Below are positions 43,523 through 47,804 of a stretch of 47,804 nt of DNA, piece by piece (positions within the stretch are counted from its first letter, which is position 1; each line of letters starts with the position of its first letter). Source of the stretch: Chthonomonadales bacterium (lineage in GTDB: Bacteria > Armatimonadota > Chthonomonadetes > Chthonomonadales > Chthonomonadaceae). Where the stretch lies: positions 1 to 47,804 of the forward strand of contig JBBQPO010000013.1 of assembly GCA_038217285.1 (NCBI GenBank). The letters are read 5' to 3'. The position numbers and the translations under genes are program-made. The notes beneath the pieces are model-generated. The model did not search any database and was not told where the DNA came from. It saw only the letters and a list, made by a program, of their open reading frames with translations.

Positions 43523-45985
43523 ATGAAGAATGCTAAAGTTCGCACACGGGCGCTTTTGTTAACCGGTCTGCTGCCTGCGACCACGTTGCTCTATGCGGCG
43601 GCGCTGCCTCCGGGCCACGCGCACGGGAAACCGGCGGGCGGGGCGGCGAAGTCGGCCGCAATGGCGGATCCAAAGAGTGTCGCCGCCGGTTTCGGGCACG
43701 ACGTCCTGCCCCTCGTCCGGACCTACTGCGTCGGCTGCCACACTGGCAAGGGCGCCAGTGCGGGCATCGACCTTTCGATCGCGAAAGATGCGAGCGCCGT
43801 CCTGAAGGATAGGGACTCCTGGGATCGTGTCGCGCAGAACATCGCGTCCGGGCATATGCCCCCGAAAGGCAGCCCCGCGCCGAGCGGCCCGCAGCGCGAG
43901 GCCCTGGTCACCTGGGTGCAGAATACGACGACGGCGGCGGACTGTAAGCTCAAAGATCCGGGCCATGTCACGCTGCGCCGTCTCAACCGCGCGGAGTACA
44001 ACAACACGGTGCGGGACCTGTGCGGCGTCGATATTCATCCGGCGGACGCTTTTCCCAACGACGATGTCGGGTACGGCTTCGACAACATCGGGGACGTTCT
44101 GTCGATTTCGCCGCTGCTGATGGAGAAGTATATCGCCGTCGCAGGCAAGGTGGCTCACGCCGCGTTCCAGAACCCTGACGAGTTGCTGCCGCCCATCCTC
44201 TTCGAGCCGCCCCGTCTGACATATCTCAATCAGGGCAGCAGGGCGGGCGACCATGCCGTTCTCGCCGCCCTGAACGCGGAGGCCGGCTGCGACTACACCT
44301 TTCCGGTAGCGGCGGACTATCTGCTGCGCGCGGTCGCCTATCAGAGTCAGGCAGGCCCTGATTCGGCCATCATGCAGATCAAGCTGGACGATAAGGAGAT
44401 CGCGGTTCAGAAAGTTTTCAGCGGACCGCGCGATCCGAAGCCTGTGGATATCCATATCTCGGTTCCGGCAGGACGCCATCACTTCAGCGTCGTCTTCACC
44501 AATCCTTTTCACGATGACAGCACCACAGGAACCCGACAAAATCGCAATCGTGACCGCAAACTGAACATCAAGGCGCTGGCTATCGTCGGTCCTTTGCGGG
44601 GGCCGAATGCGCTGTCTCCGCTGGCGAAGCAGCTCGGTACGATCCCGTCGGACCCCGCCGCCCGCAGCGCCATAGCTCGGAAGTTCCTGGCCGATTTTGT
44701 CCGGCGCGCCTATCGTCGCCCCGCCACGAAAGAGGACGTCGATAAGCTGGTACACTACGCGGACCTCGCCCAGGGGCAGGGAGAGACATTCCAGCAGGGC
44801 GTCGAATACGCGATGACGGCGGCGATGTGTTCGCCCAAATTTCTGTTTCGCATCGAAACCGACATTCCCGGCGTCACCAACGCCGTCAGGACGACGGCGA
44901 AAACACCTGGCAAGTCGGGCCTGAAGACGGCGGGCCTGAAAGCCGATGCGGGCAAATTTTTCCTGAACGACTATGCGCTGGCGTCGCGCCTGTCGTACTT
45001 CCTCTGGTCGACCATGCCGGACGAAGAGCTGTTCAACCTGGCGGCAAAAGGCAGGCTGCAGGATCCGCTGGTGCTGACAGCGCAGGCGAAGCGGATGCTC
45101 AAAGATCCGCGTTCGCGCGCGCTCTCCGACAACTTCGCGGGGCAGTGGCTGCAGTTGCGAAGTCTCGACAGCGTCTCGCCCGACCCACAGCGCTTCACCG
45201 GCTTCGACGACGGGCTGCGGCAGGACATGAAGACGGAGACAGAGATGTTCTTCCAGGCGATCGTTCGCGAAGATCGCAGCATTCTCGACTTTCTGGACGC
45301 CCGGTACACGTTTCTCAACGAGCCGCTGGCGAAGCACTACGGAATCGCGGGCGTGCAGGGCGGCGATTTCCGCCGGGTCACGCTCACAGGGGATCAGCGG
45401 GGCGGCATCCTGACGCAGGCGAGCCTGTTGACGGTGACGTCGAACCCGACGCGCACCAGCCCCGTCAAGCGAGGCAAGTGGGTCATGGAGAACCTGCTGG
45501 GCACGCCGCTGCCGCCCGCGCCGCCCGGCGTCCCCCCGCTCTCGGATGACAATAAAGGCCCTCTGGTGGGCACCTTGCGGCAGCGCATGGAGCAGCACCG
45601 CGCGAATCCGGCCTGCGCCACCTGCCATGCCCGCATGGACCCCATCGGCTTCGGCCTGGAGAACTACGACGCGGTCGGCAAATGGCGAGTGGCCGATGGC
45701 GACACCCCGGTGGATGCGAGCGGCGTTCTGCCGGACGGCTCCAAATTCAGCGGCCCTGCCCAGCTCAAACAGGTGTTGATGCGCAAGCAAACTCTGTTCG
45801 TGCACTGTCTGGCGGACAAGCTGATGACCTATGCCCTGGGCCGAGGCCTGGAGCGCACGGACCGTTGCAACCTCGATGACATTGTCAAGAGCACTCAAAA
45901 AGACGGCGACCGGTTTTCTGCTCTGGTTGCCGCCATCGTTCAAAGCCATCCTTTCCGCGAGCAGCGACGAGACAAGGGAGAATAA
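43523..45985 (+). CDS. DUF1592/PSD-domain protein with c-type heme motifs (copy 2)
   Basis: CVGCH, RRLNRAEYNNTVRDL, LASRLSYFLWSTMPD, RTSPVKRG, CATCHARMDPIG. Confidence 0.92.
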   Translation: MKNAKVRTRALLLTGLLPATTLLYAAALPPGHAHGKPAGGAAKSAAMADPKSVAAGFGHDVLPLVRTYCVGCHTGKGASAGIDLSIAKDASAVLKDRDSWDRVAQNIASGHMPPKGSPAPSGPQREALVTWVQNTTTAADCKLKDPGHVTLRRLNRAEYNNTVRDLCGVDIHPADAFPNDDVGYGFDNIGDVLSISPLLMEKYIAVAGKVAHAAFQNPDELLPPILFEPPRLTYLNQGSRAGDHAVLAALNAEAGCDYTFPVAADYLLRAVAYQSQAGPDSAIMQIKLDDKEIAVQKVFSGPRDPKPVDIHISVPAGRHHFSVVFTNPFHDDSTTGTRQNRNRDRKLNIKALAIVGPLRGPNALSPLAKQLGTIPSDPAARSAIARKFLADFVRRAYRRPATKEDVDKLVHYADLAQGQGETFQQGVEYAMTAAMCSPKFLFRIETDIPGVTNAVRTTAKTPGKSGLKTAGLKADAGKFFLNDYALASRLSYFLWSTMPDEELFNLAAKGRLQDPLVLTAQAKRMLKDPRSRALSDNFAGQWLQLRSLDSVSPDPQRFTGFDDGLRQDMKTETEMFFQAIVREDRSILDFLDARYTFLNEPLAKHYGIAGVQGGDFRRVTLTGDQRGGILTQASLLTVTSNPTRTSPVKRGKWVMENLLGTPLPPAPPGVPPLSDDNKGPLVGTLRQRMEQHRANPACATCHARMDPIGFGLENYDAVGKWRVADGDTPVDASGVLPDGSKFSGPAQLKQVLMRKQTLFVHCLADKLMTYALGRGLERTDRCNLDDIVKSTQKDGDRFSALVAAIVQSHPFREQRRDKGE

Positions 45986-45991
45986 GAGAAG

Positions 45992-47335
45992 ATGTCCAGA
46001 GAATCGTTATCACGACGTACGTTTTTGCGCGGACTGGGAACGGCGATGGCCCTGCCCATGCTGGACGCGATGCTCCCACAGGGTGCGCTCGCCCAGGCGG
46101 CGGGCAAGACGCGCGTAAACCGCATGGCCTTCATCTTCATTCCGAACGGCGTCAACGTCCCGCTCTGGACGCCGACGACGGAGGGCGGTTTGCAGTTGTC
46201 TCCCACCCTGGCGTCGATGAAGAACGTCAAGAACAAGGTCTCGGTGCTCACCGGTCTGGCGCAGCACAACGCCTTCGCGCTCGGCGACGGCGGCGGCGAT
46301 CATGCGCGCAGCACGGCGACCTGGCTGACCGGCTGCCACCCGCGCAAAACCGACGGGGCCGACATCCGAACGGGTATCTCGGTCGATCAACTGGCGGCCG
46401 AGCGCGTGGGCCGGAAGACCCCCTTCGCCTCGCTGGAGCTTGGCTGCGAGCGGGGCGCGCAGTCGGGCAGTTGCGACACCGGCTATAGCTGCGCCTACTC
46501 CTCCTCGATCTCCTGGCGCGGGCCGAGCACTCCCAACGCCCACGAAGTCGATCCGCGCGCGGTTTTCGAGCGCCTGTTCGGCAACAGCAGCCCCAGTGAG
46601 ACGGCCGAGAGTCGAGCGCGTCGCCAGGGCCTGAAGCGCAGCGTGCTGGACTTCGTGCTGGACGATGCCAACCAGCTCAAGAAGCAGTTGGGAACCAAAG
46701 ATCAGAGCAAGCTCGACGAGTATTTCACGGGAGTCCGCGAGATCGAAAATCGCCTGGCCCGCGTCGAAAAGATCAATGCCGATCCCAGCCTCGGCTCCAA
46801 AATGCCGGCAGGCATCCCGCAGGGGATGGGCGAGCATATCCGCCTGCTCTGCGACATGATGACCCTCGCATTCCAGGCCGACCTGACGCGCATCTGCACC
46901 TTCATGATCGCCAACGACGGCAGCAACCGGAGCTACAAGGACCTCGGCGTGTCGGAAGGCCATCACGATATGTCGCACCACGGCGGCGACCCGTACAAGC
47001 TCGATCAGGTCGCGAAGATCAACAAGTTCCACGCGGAGCAGGTCGCCTATTTCCTGGAAAAGCTGGACAGTATCCACGAACCCGATGGCACCCTGCTCGA
47101 CAACTCCATGATCGTCTACGGCGCAGGCATCAGCGACGGCAACCGCCATAACCACGACAACCTGCCTATTCTGCTGGCGGGCGGCGGCGCGGGAACGCTT
47201 AAGCAGCAGGGCCAACACCTCCGATTCGCGCAGGACACGCCCCTCAACAACCTGTTCCTCTCCCTGCTCGACCGCATGGGCGTACACGCCGAATCGATAG
47301 GAGACAGCACAGGCCGCCTCACCACCCTTATCTAA
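45992..47335 (+). CDS. DUF1552 (HXXSHH) domain protein (copy 2)
   Basis: LSRRTFLRG, FIPNG, GDHAR, SCAYSSSISW, HHDMSHH, DGNRHNH. Confidence 0.92.
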   Translation: MSRESLSRRTFLRGLGTAMALPMLDAMLPQGALAQAAGKTRVNRMAFIFIPNGVNVPLWTPTTEGGLQLSPTLASMKNVKNKVSVLTGLAQHNAFALGDGGGDHARSTATWLTGCHPRKTDGADIRTGISVDQLAAERVGRKTPFASLELGCERGAQSGSCDTGYSCAYSSSISWRGPSTPNAHEVDPRAVFERLFGNSSPSETAESRARRQGLKRSVLDFVLDDANQLKKQLGTKDQSKLDEYFTGVREIENRLARVEKINADPSLGSKMPAGIPQGMGEHIRLLCDMMTLAFQADLTRICTFMIANDGSNRSYKDLGVSEGHHDMSHHGGDPYKLDQVAKINKFHAEQVAYFLEKLDSIHEPDGTLLDNSMIVYGAGISDGNRHNHDNLPILLAGGGAGTLKQQGQHLRFAQDTPLNNLFLSLLDRMGVHAESIGDSTGRLTTLI

Positions 47336-47356
47336 AGGCATGGCATTCGCAGGACT

Positions 47357-47395
47357 AGACCCGTTCCGAAGCAACATCGGAACGGGTCTTTCTCT
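47357..47395 (+). terminator. Rho-independent terminator after the DUF1592/1552 operon
   Basis: Perfect 13-bp stem AGACCCGTTCCGA / TCGGAACGGGTCT followed by TTCTCT. Confidence 0.75.
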
Positions 47396-47471
47396 CATTG
47401 AAAGGCAGATGTAATGGAGCCTCCACAGATCATTCCCGAAATTTGGCATGCGATTCAGGAGCAACTAAGAG

Positions 47472-47714
47472 ATGAGTGAAAGATCAAAAAACAGTCTCGC
47501 CGAACGCCTCGCCGATCGGGAAGAGATGAGTCGAGCGGTGACGCAAGTGGTGCAGGAGGCAATCCGCCGACACAAAGAGATGGGCAAGTCGATTGCGGTG
47601 TGGGGAGACGGTAGCGTGGTCATTGTACCGGCAGAGCAGATCACCCTTTCGCAAGACATACAAACAGAACCGGATTTTCCCGTCAGAGAACTCGCCCAAA
47701 ACTCTGCCAAGTGA
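47472..47714 (+). CDS. Small hypothetical protein of the type usually found after zeta-toxin-like/AAA kinase genes
   Basis: EAIRRHKEMGKSIAVWGDGSVVIVPAEQI pattern recognised by eye; AGGAG SD upstream. Confidence 0.65.
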   Translation: MSERSKNSLAERLADREEMSRAVTQVVQEAIRRHKEMGKSIAVWGDGSVVIVPAEQITLSQDIQTEPDFPVRELAQNSAK

Positions 47715-47804
47715 CACTCTTCCCCCGAGATGGGGGCGAGCGCGTTCGAGATTTACCGCCGCATCGCCCTGCCTCTCTCCAAGCCCATCCTCGCCGCCAT
47801 CGCC

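Noticed and set aside
1-47804. CRISPR arrays, tRNA or rRNA genes, prophage, T6SS genes
   Set aside because: No regularly spaced repeats, cloverleaf or rRNA-like segments, or such proteins noticed; intergenic spaces are short. By-eye inspection only.

Overview
GC-rich bacterial chromosomal window. The gene content and an LLR-tail protein family suggest Armatimonadota or a similar phylum (inference only). Left to right it holds: (1) a signal-peptide Rhs/YD protein with TPR-like and C39-peptidase-like domains before the cage and a Cys-rich glycine-zipper, bacteriocin-like C-terminal cargo, followed by a 2-TM candidate immunity gene missing from the ORF track; (2) rpsO-pnp; (3) a divergent GT2-GT2-O-antigen-ligase/TPR-metallophosphoesterase cluster; (4) a CheY-like regulator with a deleted kinase remnant; (5) a LytS/LytTR pair upstream of a CzcB-CzcA-TPR-beta-barrel-TolC efflux locus, with a likely LytTR direct-repeat promoter; (6) a TIM-barrel isomerase, bcp and a crtN-aldH-crtP C30 carotenoid cluster lacking crtM; (7) a second LLR-tail paralog; (8) an esterase, an M42-like peptidase and lipB; (9) a LacI regulator fused to an IS1 InsA-like domain, divergent from two tandem DUF1592 (c-type heme)/DUF1552 pairs; (10) a small orphan gene. 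No rRNA, tRNA, CRISPR array or intact transposase was seen. All family calls come from motif recognition by eye; no searches were run.
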